Shown here piece by piece: positions 34,265-46,400 of a DNA stretch of 64,000 bases. The stretch's first letter is position 1, and each line of letters starts with the position of its first letter. The stretch is from a virus (Duplodnaviria; Heunggongvirae; Uroviricota; Caudoviricetes), in the IMG/VR virus record IMGVR_UViG_3300028887_000001, positions 92,088 through 156,087 of that record; one strand, 5' to 3'. The notes under the pieces are model-generated. The model saw only the letters and a program-made list of their open reading frames with translations. It was not told the origin of the DNA and searched no databases. The position numbers and the translations under genes are program-made.

Positions 34265-36364
34265 TTATACAATATAACTTGTTCCAATCTTAACAGATGT
34301 TATTATCCAGTTTGCGCCATCGCACAACGCATAAAGTTCGTACTTCTTACTTGCTTCAATTGAGTATCCGTCTTGTGCATAAATGTGATAACTGGTATTT
34401 GCTCTAGTGAATGTTATATTGGGGCTTGAACCAGTTGTAAAAGAGAACATTATTTTAGAAGCATATGTTGTTTCTGGCGCCGGAAGCCTTATTGATAGTG
34501 TGTTAACATTCGACGTGAAACGATAATATGTGTTCGTAGTTGCGGTTATGGCTGTTGCTGTGCTTGTTGTGATTGTAAGCCTATTCTCCTTATTAGTAAC
34601 GTCTGTAGCACCAACATTAGAAGTGGTTATTATAACCATATCCCCACTACTTATTTGTATTGTCATGGCTTGTGGGTTTTCATTTAAGTCAAGATTTTGG
34701 AATTCCAAATACTGCTCTATGGTTGAATAATCCATGGCCAGAACGAAATACTTACTATACTCATCATTGTATCTAACAATAACTTGTCTTCCCTCGCTTA
34801 TTGCTGCTACTGCTGAATTGTAACTTCCAGCGGCAACTGTAGATGGGCTGCTGGAAGAAATATCAATAAAAAGAGGTGGTTTTGAGAAGCTACTCCAAGT
34901 TCCAGCTTCGGTTAATGCCTTTGTTGTTCCGGATGACTTAAAGACAATGTCTGTACACGTAATTGTGTCTTGGTCACCAAGTATTACAAGTCTTGTCCCG
35001 TTAGAAGGTGTTTCAGCAAACGTTGTATCAAGTGTTCCTGATGCTGTGATATATCCGTGTGAGTGCTGTGATGTCGCAAAACCTGCCCAAGTACCAGCAT
35101 TGGTCAACGCTTTTGTTATATCTGTGCCAAATGTAACACTTGAACGAACAACATAGCCACTTGCGTTCGTGGTTACGAGTTTCATACCACTCGCAACGGT
35201 TGTATCTGCTGTAATCGTACCAGCACTTGTAATGTTGCCGTGTGTGTGTGCAGACGATGCGAAATCATTAATATCTTTCTCTGAAGCCGTACCAAGTGTT
35301 GGCCTGTTTAACAAATCGGTGTATGTACCGGTTTTTGCGACCTTATGAAGTTTTATCGTACCACTAAGCGACTCTGAACTTGCCGTTGCTTGGGCTGTTG
35401 ATACGTTTGTGTTTAATGTACCTGGTGCGGATGGTATTGTCGGTGTGCCAATCAGGTCACTATACGTACCAGTCTTGGCCACCTTATGCAAATTAACCAA
35501 GCCAGTAAGTGTCTCATCACCGCTTGTTATTTGTGCAGTTGTATTTGTTGTGTTAATTCTAGGTCTATTTGACAATGCATCATAAGATGTTATTATAGAA
35601 CCACTAGCAAAGTTTATTGCATCAAAAACACATTTTGCAGAGGGGTATTGCGTGTCAGTACAATCACCGGATAGGGCTGTTACTTTATTCGAAGTGTCTT
35701 CCTTTCCACTTATGCTTGAAGACGTTAAATAAGATGTTGAATCCAGGCTTCCGTCTCCCTTAAGAAATTGTGTGGATGTTCCAGTTGTTGGCTTACCAAT
35801 CAAATCACTATATGTGCCTGTTTTAGATATTTTGTGAAGTTTAACATTACCACTCAAGTTCTCTGTTGAAGCGGTTGTTAACGCTGTTGTTATATTCGTG
35901 TTAAGTGTGCCTGGGGCCGAAGGTATCGTTGGTTTGTCCAATAAGTCATTATAAGAACCAGTCTTTGAAATCTTATGCAAATTTATCGTTCCAGTAATTG
36001 TCTCGCCTGTAGAAGTAGTCTGTGTTGTTGTTGCTGTGGTGCATAATGATGGCTTGTCTGTTAATCCATCATAAGAGGTTACGCCACCTCCGCCTCCACC
36101 CCCAGCAGCCTGTATTGCGTTGTATACACACTTTGCAGATGGATATTGTGTGTCAGTACTGCCACTAGAAATAGAAGTAACCTTGTTCGACGCATCTTCT
36201 TTTCCAGAAATGTCATCAGATGTTAAATATTCATTATAATCAAGACTGCCATCTCCTTTAACGAACTCATTTGATGTTCCACCATTCGTTATAAATCTTT
36301 TTCCGATAGTATCGCCAACAAATCTACTAGCACCTTGTACAATTAAGTTTTTTAAATTTGCCAT
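34265..36364 (-). CDS. repeat-rich fibre/adaptor protein
   Basis: S/T/G-rich; DTQYPSAKCV and LHKxxKTGxYxDL repeats; C-terminal domain shared with 46450 and 53364. Confidence 0.8.
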   Translation of the reverse strand: MANLKNLIVQGASRFVGDTIGKRFITNGGTSNEFVKGDGSLDYNEYLTSDDISGKEDASNKVTSISSGSTDTQYPSAKCVYNAIQAAGGGGGGGVTSYDGLTDKPSLCTTATTTQTTSTGETITGTINLHKISKTGSYNDLLDKPTIPSAPGTLNTNITTALTTASTENLSGNVKLHKISKTGTYSDLIGKPTTGTSTQFLKGDGSLDSTSYLTSSSISGKEDTSNKVTALSGDCTDTQYPSAKCVFDAINFASGSIITSYDALSNRPRINTTNTTAQITSGDETLTGLVNLHKVAKTGTYSDLIGTPTIPSAPGTLNTNVSTAQATASSESLSGTIKLHKVAKTGTYTDLLNRPTLGTASEKDINDFASSAHTHGNITSAGTITADTTVASGMKLVTTNASGYVVRSSVTFGTDITKALTNAGTWAGFATSQHSHGYITASGTLDTTFAETPSNGTRLVILGDQDTITCTDIVFKSSGTTKALTEAGTWSSFSKPPLFIDISSSSPSTVAAGSYNSAVAAISEGRQVIVRYNDEYSKYFVLAMDYSTIEQYLEFQNLDLNENPQAMTIQISSGDMVIITTSNVGATDVTNKENRLTITTSTATAITATTNTYYRFTSNVNTLSIRLPAPETTYASKIMFSFTTGSSPNITFTRANTSYHIYAQDGYSIEASKKYELYALCDGANWIITSVKIGTSYIV

Positions 36365-36390
36365 AACAAATTATTTTCCTTTTCTTATAA

Positions 36391-39069
36391 TTATATCTCA
36401 TTAAAATATCGCGACAAAATATTGTTTTCAGTGAAGGTAACAGGACCACTGGTATATAAACTGTTGTCTGGGGTTACCGTGCCACATCCTTCTGTTGGTA
36501 ATCCATTCCTTATAAGTTCCAATGTTGTGTGACCAGCCTCTGAAATTTCATCACATTCAACTATTCCTCTATTATAAATATTCACACCACTGAATGATGA
36601 ACCATCATCAATATAACCATATGTTTCCTCATAATAGAAAGAGCTGGTTCCTGCATTACCAAATAACTGACCGCTAACTTTATCATACATATATCCTGTC
36701 CAACCAACCCTAACTGGAACCAAATCCATTACTATGTTTTGGCCTTGAGATATTTTTGCCGAATAAATTTTTCCTGACCACTTTGCGTATGATGCAGAAA
36801 CGCCAGAAGAACCGAATAATCTTATATTGTTGCTTGGTGTAAATGATAATGTGGGTAATGATACTGTTGTTTCAACACCATTGTTATTCACTGTGAATTT
36901 TTTGTCATTTAAAAAATTAAGGCTTGCGGATACCTTTACATTGCTTGAAATATTATCATTACCACGACCCCAATTACCATATCCGTAATAAAAGCCGTTG
37001 TTATCATGGCCAATAGTCCACCTTGTGTTTCCGGTTGTGTCTCTTAAACCAGCAGCATATGAGTCAGTAGTATTTGAACACATAACCTCAATTTTCAATC
37101 CAGTATTCGCATCTGGAATAATACCAGTATCAATATATTGTGTTCCAGTACTTTCCAGATATTCCAACTCAATATACTCATTTGGTAATGGTTGAATACC
37201 AGGTTCTATATCTATATAATCACATTCACTAAACTCATACCCATATGTTGTATCATTATTGCAGATATAAGCAGATGTATTATACAATTCCATGATATCA
37301 TCAGCAGAGAGTGCAGTTGCGTAAATTCTTACATCTGATATTTTACCATTAAAATAGGCTGGTGTTGCTGCTGGTAATACTTTAGAGGTTTCTGCTTCTG
37401 CCCCAATGAATATTGTATTTGCCGTATTATAGAACATTGGTGTTCTTGTGGTATAAGCATTATTTGTGCCATCTAAAACACCATCAATGTATATCTTTGT
37501 AGAAAATCCATCATAAGTACCAACAAAATGATGCCAGCCACTTGATAAGTCGGCAAGCGCTGTACTACAAATAGCATTCTTATAGGTATTAGAGGATGTG
37601 CCAGTTCCAAGAACAAATGTCATTTTTCCGCTTGTTGGTTCATAATTCCACCCACCAGTTTCAGTACAGCTTATCAATCTCCCATTATATCCACCCCAAT
37701 TGTCCATATAACCCCAACAACAAACGGAAATAGCATCCTTTACCTTTGCCCTTTCATCAGCTACAATATAACACTCATGTGCAAACGTCGTTCCACTTTC
37801 ATATCTTGAAGTTCCGTTACAGTTCTCAATTATTCCTCTTGTTAAGCCATCGTTTCCAAATCCAGAACAGTCAAAAATAGTTTTTGAATCGTGGGGTGAT
37901 TTTGACCATGGTGTTGCAAGAGAACCTTTTTCAAGTTTACATTTTCTTATTGTAAATGTGTCTGTTCCGCTGGCCACCCCTCTAACAGTAAAACAATATT
38001 CAATACATTGTGTGTCTGAATCTGGGGTAAATGTTAATGTGAATTTCTGCCATGTATTAACAGCATTAAATGCCTGTGGGTTTGTTCCACCTCTCCAAAC
38101 CCAAGAGTTCGATGTGTTATAATAACTTAAACCAATACAAAGCTCTGCACCAGCTTTTGTGCATTTTGCTTCACATGAAAGTGTGTAATTAGAAGTACTA
38201 TCTAATGATATTTCTGATGCTTTTCTCAAAAATCCAAGGCCAATATTTGCGTTTGAATTTAAAAGAATTGTGTCCTCACCAAAATCACCCATGTCTGTAA
38301 ATGTGTGGTTTGTTTTTGCACCATTGTAAAATCTGACATATTGGTTCCAGTCTGTGTCGCTTGTTGTAAGAAACTGGTTTACATCAATTTCTTTTAGTGT
38401 TGTTCCAATTAAAAGATTTTCATTCCCAACATCATTGAATGTTATGTTGTTTTTATCTAATGGATAATGTAATATTAAGCCCTTGCTTATTTCCTTAACC
38501 TCTTTTGGTGATAAGCAATTATCATAAACCCTGAAATCACTTATCATGCCATTCCAGTCATAACTGTGAGCATTATTGAAACCACCAGCAAGTCTTATTA
38601 CACTATTTTCACAAGCTGGGCTCCTAAAAGTGGTTGCTGTTCCAGCATAAATACCATCTATATAAAGTTTTGCTTGGGAATTTCCAAATGTTATGGCAAA
38701 ATGGTGCCATAACCCATCATGAAGAACATTAACATTATTACCGTTATTTTTAAATGGGTTATTATTGCTGTCTCCCTTGTTTAATGTATAAATGTTAGAT
38801 TCATATATATTTAATGATGAATATTCATAACAGTTTAATGTAAATACCATCTTGGCGTTTGTGGTTGTTTTTGACCAATACGTTATAGATGCTTCATCAG
38901 TTAATGTTATCGGATAAACATACCAAAATTTATTACCACTAGTTGAAAGGCCTAAACCAGTTTTGCCATCTGCATATACAGCAGAACCTCCAGCCTCTTC
39001 AATGTAAAGGTTGTTTAAACCGCTATTGGTCATATTTCCGTTTAATGGTAACCAAACTAGTAATGCCAT
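36391..39069 (-). CDS. LamG/concanavalin-like glycan-binding virion protein
   Basis: Two WHHFxxTxxxxxxKLYIDG...ISDxRxY lectin-like domains, a central CBM-like domain and a YIELEYLESTGTQYIDTG domain. Confidence 0.75.
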   Translation of the reverse strand: MALLVWLPLNGNMTNSGLNNLYIEEAGGSAVYADGKTGLGLSTSGNKFWYVYPITLTDEASITYWSKTTTNAKMVFTLNCYEYSSLNIYESNIYTLNKGDSNNNPFKNNGNNVNVLHDGLWHHFAITFGNSQAKLYIDGIYAGTATTFRSPACENSVIRLAGGFNNAHSYDWNGMISDFRVYDNCLSPKEVKEISKGLILHYPLDKNNITFNDVGNENLLIGTTLKEIDVNQFLTTSDTDWNQYVRFYNGAKTNHTFTDMGDFGEDTILLNSNANIGLGFLRKASEISLDSTSNYTLSCEAKCTKAGAELCIGLSYYNTSNSWVWRGGTNPQAFNAVNTWQKFTLTFTPDSDTQCIEYCFTVRGVASGTDTFTIRKCKLEKGSLATPWSKSPHDSKTIFDCSGFGNDGLTRGIIENCNGTSRYESGTTFAHECYIVADERAKVKDAISVCCWGYMDNWGGYNGRLISCTETGGWNYEPTSGKMTFVLGTGTSSNTYKNAICSTALADLSSGWHHFVGTYDGFSTKIYIDGVLDGTNNAYTTRTPMFYNTANTIFIGAEAETSKVLPAATPAYFNGKISDVRIYATALSADDIMELYNTSAYICNNDTTYGYEFSECDYIDIEPGIQPLPNEYIELEYLESTGTQYIDTGIIPDANTGLKIEVMCSNTTDSYAAGLRDTTGNTRWTIGHDNNGFYYGYGNWGRGNDNISSNVKVSASLNFLNDKKFTVNNNGVETTVSLPTLSFTPSNNIRLFGSSGVSASYAKWSGKIYSAKISQGQNIVMDLVPVRVGWTGYMYDKVSGQLFGNAGTSSFYYEETYGYIDDGSSFSGVNIYNRGIVECDEISEAGHTTLELIRNGLPTEGCGTVTPDNSLYTSGPVTFTENNILSRYFNEI

Positions 39070-39071
39070 AT

Positions 39072-40958
39072 TTAATTAAAAACAAATTTTACACACTTAT
39101 TTTCCGTATCATATTGTAATTCACAATTTTCACTAGACGCAGCGTTTGTTGTGCTTCCGTTAATCTTAACATTTTTGAATTCTGGTTCTGTTATATAATT
39201 TGCACTTGTTGATAGTGCTATATTTGCTGCATATGAAGGGATGGTGGGCTTATCAGACAAATCATTATATGAACCACTCATACCAACAAGCGAAACTGTT
39301 GAAGCAACAACACCAGATATAACAGAATCTGCGTTGCTCATTGGAAGATAATAATCCATCCATGAACCCCAAGAAGAACCATTATATACCCTATAATAAA
39401 TGCCATCTTTATGTAGTAAAACCTGCCTAGAATTGTTGTTTACAACACCACTAACTAAAACTCCGCTACCAACAAGAATATTGTCTCTTGTTGGTTCACC
39501 CTTAGTCTCTCCACCCTTAACAACTGCATTAGACATGTAAAATAGAACTTTATACACACCATGGCCCAATTCATCAGCAACAGACCAGTCGGTACCCCAA
39601 ACCTCAACTACGTCATCAAATGATATTCCAGACAACGCAGTTGTGGCATTACTTAAATTGGTTAATGCCGTTCCAGCATAGTTTGCCAACCCATGAAGTT
39701 TGGATATTGCAGTCTCTAATGTGTTACCAGCAGCAGGGAAAGAATTATCTGTTGCAGCGGCATAGCCACTTGTCAACGCAGATGGCGCAAAAGCTTCAAA
39801 CGTGCCCTTCTTCGTTAATGCAACGCTAACCGTTGAACCATCAAAAGAAAGACTACTCCTGGCAACCTTATTGCTGTCGCTGGAATCCGTAATAACCAAC
39901 TTATCGCCACTTGCAACAGTTGTGTCAGCAGTAATCGTGCCACTATTTGTTATTTTTCCATGCGTGTGGTCACTAGCAGCAAATGTAACCCAAGTACCAG
40001 CATTGGTTAACGCCTTTGTTGCATCACTCCCAAATACAACACTTGAACGAACAACATAACCACTTGCGTTCGTGGTTACGAGTTTCATCCCACTCGCAAC
40101 GGTTGTGTCGTCAGTAATCGTTCCAGCACTTGTAATGTTGCCGTGTGTGTGTGCAGACAGTGCGAAATAACTAATATCTTTCTCTGAGGCGGTGCCAAGT
40201 GTTGGTCTGTTTAATAAATCAGTGTATGTACCGGTCTTTGCGATTTTGTGAAGTTTTATTGTGTCGCTAAACGATTCTGAACTTGCCGTTGCTTGGGCTG
40301 TTGATACGTTTGTGTTTAATGTACCAACAGTTGGTATTGTCGGTGTACCAATCAAGTCACTATAGGTGCCAGTCTTGGAAATTTTGTGCAAGTTAATCGT
40401 ACCACTAATTGTTTCTGTTGCCGCTGTTGCTTGTGCTGTTGTTGCGGTTGTACTTAATGATGGTTTGTCAGTTAATTCGTTATAAGAACTAACACCGGCA
40501 CTTCCGGCTGCTGCTTGTATAGCGTTGTATACACACTTTGCAGATGGATATTGATTATCAGTGCTTCCGCTTGTTAATGAAACAACTTTATTAATACTTA
40601 ATTCATAAGCATCATTTCCAAATGTCCATGTTGGTGTGTCGCCATATAACTTTATCCAATATAATTTATCGGAAACACAATAGAAATAATAATAATTGGT
40701 ATCAACATGTGAATAAACATAACACCTGTCATTATAAAAACAAACTGGTATTTTATTATCTGATATTGCAGCTATAACCTGCGTAGCTGTAGTTGTACCA
40801 TAAGTAACAAGGAACACCTTATCTTCAGGTATACTTGCTGTTATTGCCGCTAATTTCGTTGAAAGCGTAACATTATTACTATCAAGCACAGCATCTTCAT
40901 GCGTCCTGGGATAAAACTTCTCACCAGTGTTCTTATCTTTTAACCAATCTATTGTCAT
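39072..40958 (-). CDS. repeat-rich fibre protein
   Basis: MTIDWLKD...FYPxTHEDAV N-terminus and internal blocks shared with 46450-51159. Confidence 0.8.
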   Translation of the reverse strand: MTIDWLKDKNTGEKFYPRTHEDAVLDSNNVTLSTKLAAITASIPEDKVFLVTYGTTTATQVIAAISDNKIPVCFYNDRCYVYSHVDTNYYYFYCVSDKLYWIKLYGDTPTWTFGNDAYELSINKVVSLTSGSTDNQYPSAKCVYNAIQAAAGSAGVSSYNELTDKPSLSTTATTAQATAATETISGTINLHKISKTGTYSDLIGTPTIPTVGTLNTNVSTAQATASSESFSDTIKLHKIAKTGTYTDLLNRPTLGTASEKDISYFALSAHTHGNITSAGTITDDTTVASGMKLVTTNASGYVVRSSVVFGSDATKALTNAGTWVTFAASDHTHGKITNSGTITADTTVASGDKLVITDSSDSNKVARSSLSFDGSTVSVALTKKGTFEAFAPSALTSGYAAATDNSFPAAGNTLETAISKLHGLANYAGTALTNLSNATTALSGISFDDVVEVWGTDWSVADELGHGVYKVLFYMSNAVVKGGETKGEPTRDNILVGSGVLVSGVVNNNSRQVLLHKDGIYYRVYNGSSWGSWMDYYLPMSNADSVISGVVASTVSLVGMSGSYNDLSDKPTIPSYAANIALSTSANYITEPEFKNVKINGSTTNAASSENCELQYDTENKCVKFVFN

Positions 40959-40988
40959 TTTTACTTAATGCCTTATTCATTATAAATA

Positions 40989-41225
40989 TCAAATACCATC
41001 AAGTTCATTCTCAGGGTGTGGGTCTGGGTCTGGTATTTCTTCAAAATCCTCAGGAACATCAACATGTGGTTCTGCCAATAATACGCCATCTAAATAATAG
41101 CTTTTACCCAGTGAAATTTCTTTCCCATATATTTCATTGCTGTTCTTCCTTTTTAAAACCATCCCATCTTCAGCTTTAAGAATGGTTATATTGCTAATCC
41201 CATTATAAAATAATTCTGTTGTCAT
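40989..41225 (-). CDS. small protein, possible chaperone
   Basis: 78-aa ORF right after the BspA-like gene. Confidence 0.6.
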   Translation of the reverse strand: MTTELFYNGISNITILKAEDGMVLKRKNSNEIYGKEISLGKSYYLDGVLLAEPHVDVPEDFEEIPDPDPHPENELDGI

Positions 41226-41246
41226 TCGTGTGTGTTATTTGTTAAT

Positions 41247-42983
41247 TTAATTTACAATATCATCAACCATTAATGTTGCATATGTGCTCCATCCAGATGC
41301 TCCCTGGTATGCTGATAGATACCCTTGAGGAACATGTATCGTTAATTTATCTGCTTTTGTGGCTAGGCTACCAAAAAGGCTTCCACCTGCTGTTGGTGGC
41401 GTAGTTGGCTTTACATATACATGTTTATTTGGTATTGTGTTTGGTATTACATTGATTTGCATGTCGAATGCGTTTGCCCCAACTGATGTTACTGTGCTTG
41501 GTATTGTTATTTCACTGACGCCATATATTGAACAACTAAAAGCATAATTTCCTATCGAGGTTACGCCTTCTGGTATATTAATTACGCCGCTTAACAAATA
41601 ACAGTTTCGAAACGCACTGGCTCCAATTGATGTAAGTGTGCTTGGAAATTGAATTGATGGTAATGACACACAAGTTTGAAATGCATTGGCACCAATTGTT
41701 GTTAACCCACTTGAAAAAGTAACAGAAGATAATGCGTTACACCCATCAAATGCGGAAGTGCTAATTGTTGTTACAGCACTTGGTATAGTAATAGATTCTA
41801 ATAATTGGCAAGACTGGCAAAAATATTGATTTACATTTGTTATTTTTGTTGGTATATTTACTGATTTCAGGTTGATGCAACTTGCAAAGATATAAGTTCC
41901 AACGCTTGTTATCGTATCTGGTAATTCAACATGTGTTAATTTATAACAAGCCCTAAATGTATCATTGCTCAAAGTTGTTACTCCAGATGGAACATTTATT
42001 GCTGTGAGTTCTCTACAACTATATAGTACTGGAAAAGTTGTTACGCTATCTGGCAAAACTAATCTCTTTAAATTTCTACAACCATTAAATGAACCTGGAC
42101 TTGTTATACCATCTGGAATAACTAATGATGTAATTTTTCTTGTTCCGGCACCAATATTTGTTTTTGTTGTTCCATAATTGGTTGAAAATATGTGTGGAGC
42201 ACCAGTTCCTCCGCCAACACTAACAGAACAACCCGATGGAATTGACACACTTTCACAATTCCATATAAGCAAAGAACCTAAAGTTCCACTTAATCCACTC
42301 CCGAATTCAATTTTTGTTATCAACCCACTAAAATATAATGGGGTGGATAAATAAGAATAGCCAAAAACTGTTGGATATCCACTTGATGACCATGGTTTAA
42401 AGGTAGCCCCATCAAGTGGAATATACCTGACACAATATTTTCCGGTTTGTTGGTATGTATGATAAAGAGTTGCGGATGTTGCTGTGCTTTGAAACATTTC
42501 ACTACCGTCACCCCAGTCAACCTTTAATTTTGTTGCACTTGACAGACTTGAATATGTAATACCAATTGTTAACTGAAAGTCATATTTAATATCAATATAG
42601 AATCTTGTTGCGCCATCATCTGTTGTATATGTTTGACCAATAACAGGCCCGAACCCATATTTTCTAACAAATGCCTGTGCGTTTGCGAGGCTCATTTCCC
42701 ACCCTGTTGGTGTTAATCCTGGAAATGGTGGGTTTGCTGGCTCTTGTGTTAAGTTGAGGAAATCTTGCAACGAATATTCATAATAAATGGTACCAGTGTG
42801 GTCTATATAATACACCTTATTTGGGTCATCCATATCCGAACCACTACCACCTTCAATTTGTCTGATTTTGGATGCATATCGGTCAAATGAAGCATCTCCA
42901 ACTTCGACACCCATTCCTTCTATTGCGCTTTTTATGGCTGTTTTGCAGGATAATATTTGTTGTAATTTTGCCTCTACACTCAT
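41247..42983 (-). CDS. BspA-like (LRR_5) repeat protein with N-terminal anchor
   Basis: IPxxVTxIGxxAFxxCxxL repeats; N-terminal ~45 aa shared with 51398-51997. Confidence 0.85.
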   Translation of the reverse strand: MSVEAKLQQILSCKTAIKSAIEGMGVEVGDASFDRYASKIRQIEGGSGSDMDDPNKVYYIDHTGTIYYEYSLQDFLNLTQEPANPPFPGLTPTGWEMSLANAQAFVRKYGFGPVIGQTYTTDDGATRFYIDIKYDFQLTIGITYSSLSSATKLKVDWGDGSEMFQSTATSATLYHTYQQTGKYCVRYIPLDGATFKPWSSSGYPTVFGYSYLSTPLYFSGLITKIEFGSGLSGTLGSLLIWNCESVSIPSGCSVSVGGGTGAPHIFSTNYGTTKTNIGAGTRKITSLVIPDGITSPGSFNGCRNLKRLVLPDSVTTFPVLYSCRELTAINVPSGVTTLSNDTFRACYKLTHVELPDTITSVGTYIFASCINLKSVNIPTKITNVNQYFCQSCQLLESITIPSAVTTISTSAFDGCNALSSVTFSSGLTTIGANAFQTCVSLPSIQFPSTLTSIGASAFRNCYLLSGVINIPEGVTSIGNYAFSCSIYGVSEITIPSTVTSVGANAFDMQINVIPNTIPNKHVYVKPTTPPTAGGSLFGSLATKADKLTIHVPQGYLSAYQGASGWSTYATLMVDDIVN

Positions 42984-43045
42984 AACATCGTTTCCTTATG
43001 ACTATTATAAAATATAACTAATTATTCAAGACTTTCAATAAATGT

Positions 43046-43405
43046 TTAAAGTGAATCATCTTCAGCTTCAAGGCTTGCTTCAAGCTGATTGAACTCTGCT
43101 CTAAGCCCTCTTCTGTAAGCATGCCAATCACCACCATATTTTTCATCATATTTGGTCATATCCTCACCATCATCTTCTTTGCTTGTCAGATAATCAAGGC
43201 TTTGAAGCTCTGCCTGAATTTCTACCATCCTATTCCTCTTAATATCATCCTCTGTTGGTACATATGGGGTTTCTGTTGCTTCCTCATATCCCCATTCCAA
43301 TAATTGTTCCTCAGTTGGGACACCACTGAAAAACTTGCCATTATGTGTAACTGTTATGCTACCACCATAATACCCTTTCCCTGTGTTTCTATTTATGTAT
43401 TTCAT
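43046..43405 (-). CDS. putative fibre assembly chaperone, copy 2
   Basis: Paralog of 32560-33012; follows an LRR gene. Confidence 0.6.
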   Translation of the reverse strand: MKYINRNTGKGYYGGSITVTHNGKFFSGVPTEEQLLEWGYEEATETPYVPTEDDIKRNRMVEIQAELQSLDYLTSKEDDGEDMTKYDEKYGGDWHAYRRGLRAEFNQLEASLEAEDDSL

Positions 43406-43408
43406 ATA

Positions 43409-46400
43409 TTATATGTTTAATCCTAAATTAAATCTTTGATTATCTATTTGCTGGTTGAAAACCATTTCTTCCTCAGTTAATTTTCTATTGTATTTCCTTA
43501 TACAATATAATCTACCGCCATTACCCCTTTGTGCAACACGTGTGTTATTTGTGTTATTAAGATAATAGTCAACAGTTCCAGTATTTGTTATTCTTTGACC
43601 ATTTACAACCAATAAACTATCACCGTTATATGAGAAACAATACGTGTTTCCAAATGGTGCAGTTGTTAGTGGGATTGTTAGCCTGTAATTGGCGTTGTTT
43701 GTTAAAAGATAATTTGTTGAATATCGGCCAAACCCAAACCCAAGCGTTGATGACGTATTTCTGTTTATATATAATATCGTATTAACAGAACCAGTGCTTT
43801 CATAAAAAACAATTTCAAATGTCGAACCGCTTGTTTTAATTACTTCATTGTCAGCAACATACATTTCACATGGTGTTATAAGGTGGTCTTCCCCCCATGT
43901 TGCATTATCGCCACTTATAGTTACATATTCCTGGTTGCCAATTAAATCAACCCATTTCGTTAAGTCTGTTGTTCCTCTGTTTATACCATCCAATTGGAAT
44001 ACAAGCCCATTCTGGATATAACTATATTCATTTATGCCGTTAGATGAGTCATTGATTACAGTCCACCCAGTTGGTATGCCGCTTCCACCGCTTGGCCAAT
44101 CTGTGGCACCCTGTGCTTTCACAAATGTTCCAGTTGGAGAAACATAAGCTAACCAAGCAGCTATCGGGTTATTTGTACTTCTACTTGTTGCCAGGCATTT
44201 TACATAATTAAGGCTGGTGCAACCACTAAACATTGAATAATAAGACCTTGCACCAATGCTTGATGAAAGCAGGTCTGGCGCTTTTGTTAGTGAAGTACAA
44301 CCTTTAAACATACTGTCTTGGCTTGATTGATATACACTTGACGACGGTATATCTGGTGCACTAATAAGATTTGTACACAATTCAAACATACTAGCCATGC
44401 AACTAAGCCCATAATTTGTTGGAAGTATTAAGCGTTCTGCGTTTACAAGATTAGTATTGTTATAAAATAATGCTTTTAAATAATAGTCTACACGCCCCCC
44501 ACTTCCTATTGAAGTGTATCCAATGAAATTATCACCCCTAAAAAGCGATAAGCTGTTTCCATATACATCAAATGCTGCGGTTGATGTGAATCTTGAATAT
44601 ACTGATGAATTTGCATATTGAGTACCACTACCCTTCCATAATATCTTGTATCCTTGTGACACAACTGGTGTCGTAATAACTATTTCACTATTATTTACAT
44701 TATTTGTAGTAACCCATGTATTTCCATTATCAACACTATAAGAAACACTTGAAAGCGATGTAGTTGTTAGTTCGCTTGGAATTGTTAAAGTAAACGTTCC
44801 ACTTTCCAAAGCCTTAAATGTCAAATATTGCTCATCGTAACCGTTTATTTCAACAACATTCCATCCAGTTGGGATACCGTTTGCGCCACTTGGCCATGTA
44901 ACACCATTCATTTTATAAAATGTACCACCAGAAGGAACATTAGTCATCCAAGAAAGTAACGGGTTGCTTGATTCTGATTGGCCAAGGTCTTCAGCAAGGC
45001 ATTTAACATATCTTAAATTCGTGCAGCCAGCGAACATTGTTCTATAACAAGAAGAAACCAATTTTTTTGCCGGTAACAATGGTGCATTTACCAGAGAGGT
45101 ACACCCTTCAAACATATGGCCATAACACCACACTCCCAATGTGGTTGATGGAAGGGCTGGCGCATCTGTTAGTGACGTGCAGTCCATAAACATGTAGGAA
45201 TAACATGCGTAAGCAAGATTTTCAACATTAAGGGGTGTTGTGTTAACCAACGATGTGCACAAGTAAAACATAGCACAGTAACAGGCACTTGAAAGTGTTT
45301 GGCCAGAAATGTTCGGCATACTCGTTAATGATGTACATTCCCCAAACATTTCATAATAGGCATAACTTGGTATCACTATAGCTGGCAAATCTGGTGCCTT
45401 AGTTAATGATGTGCAGCCATAAAACATATCATAATAGCAATAATTTGCCAACATTGTTGCTGGAAGTTCTGGTGGTGCTGCTAATGATGTGCATCCACTA
45501 AACATCTGACGATAGCAACTTGCTCCCAATATTGCTTCTTGGAAATCTGGTGCTTTTGTTAATGATGTGCAACCATTAAACATATTATAGCAACTAGCGT
45601 TTGAAACGTTTGTTGCTGGCAACTCTGGTGCTTCTGTAAGTGATGTGCAGCCGCAAAACGTAAAAGCATATCCACTACTTGGTACACTGTTAGCTGGCAA
45701 TTCTGGTGCTTTTGGCAATGAAGTACAGCCATAAAAAGCATACATATAATTGGCACTACCAACCAGATTGTTTGCCAATTGATTTGGTGAGGTTTTCAAT
45801 GAAGAACATTTATAAAACAAGTTTCCACACCCGTAAGAATGAACCTCTGTTGCCGATATGACTGGAGAATACTCTAATCCAGAATTCATCTGGAATATTC
45901 TGAAATAGGCATAATCTGGGCATTTTCTTGCCGGAAATATCATGTTCTTCGCAGACACCAATTTGCTATCAGCGCTTCCTTTATAGAATAATAAGGCAAA
46001 ATTATGAGAAGAACCATTTGCAAATTCTTTATTGGCCAAGAAATTATCACCATAAAGAAGTGACATTATGTTTCCACTTATACTATATCTGCCACTACTT
46101 GTAAAGTTAGAAACCAAAGGAAGTCTGTTTGCTGCGGCGGTACCAAAAACCAATTGGCTGTTTGCCATTGAAACACCAATTCCCTTCCACAGAACATTAT
46201 GGCCCTGTGCAATTGTTGGTGTTGTGATAACGACTTGTGTGTTGTCTGTGTTGTTTGTTGTTGTCCAGGTTTCTCCACTATCAATGGAATAGCTCACTGA
46301 TGTAAGAAGAGACGTGCTGACCCCACTACCAATTGTAAGCGTAAAGGTTCCAGAATCCAATGCCTCGAATGTTAGGTATTGGTTCAGATAATGAAAATAT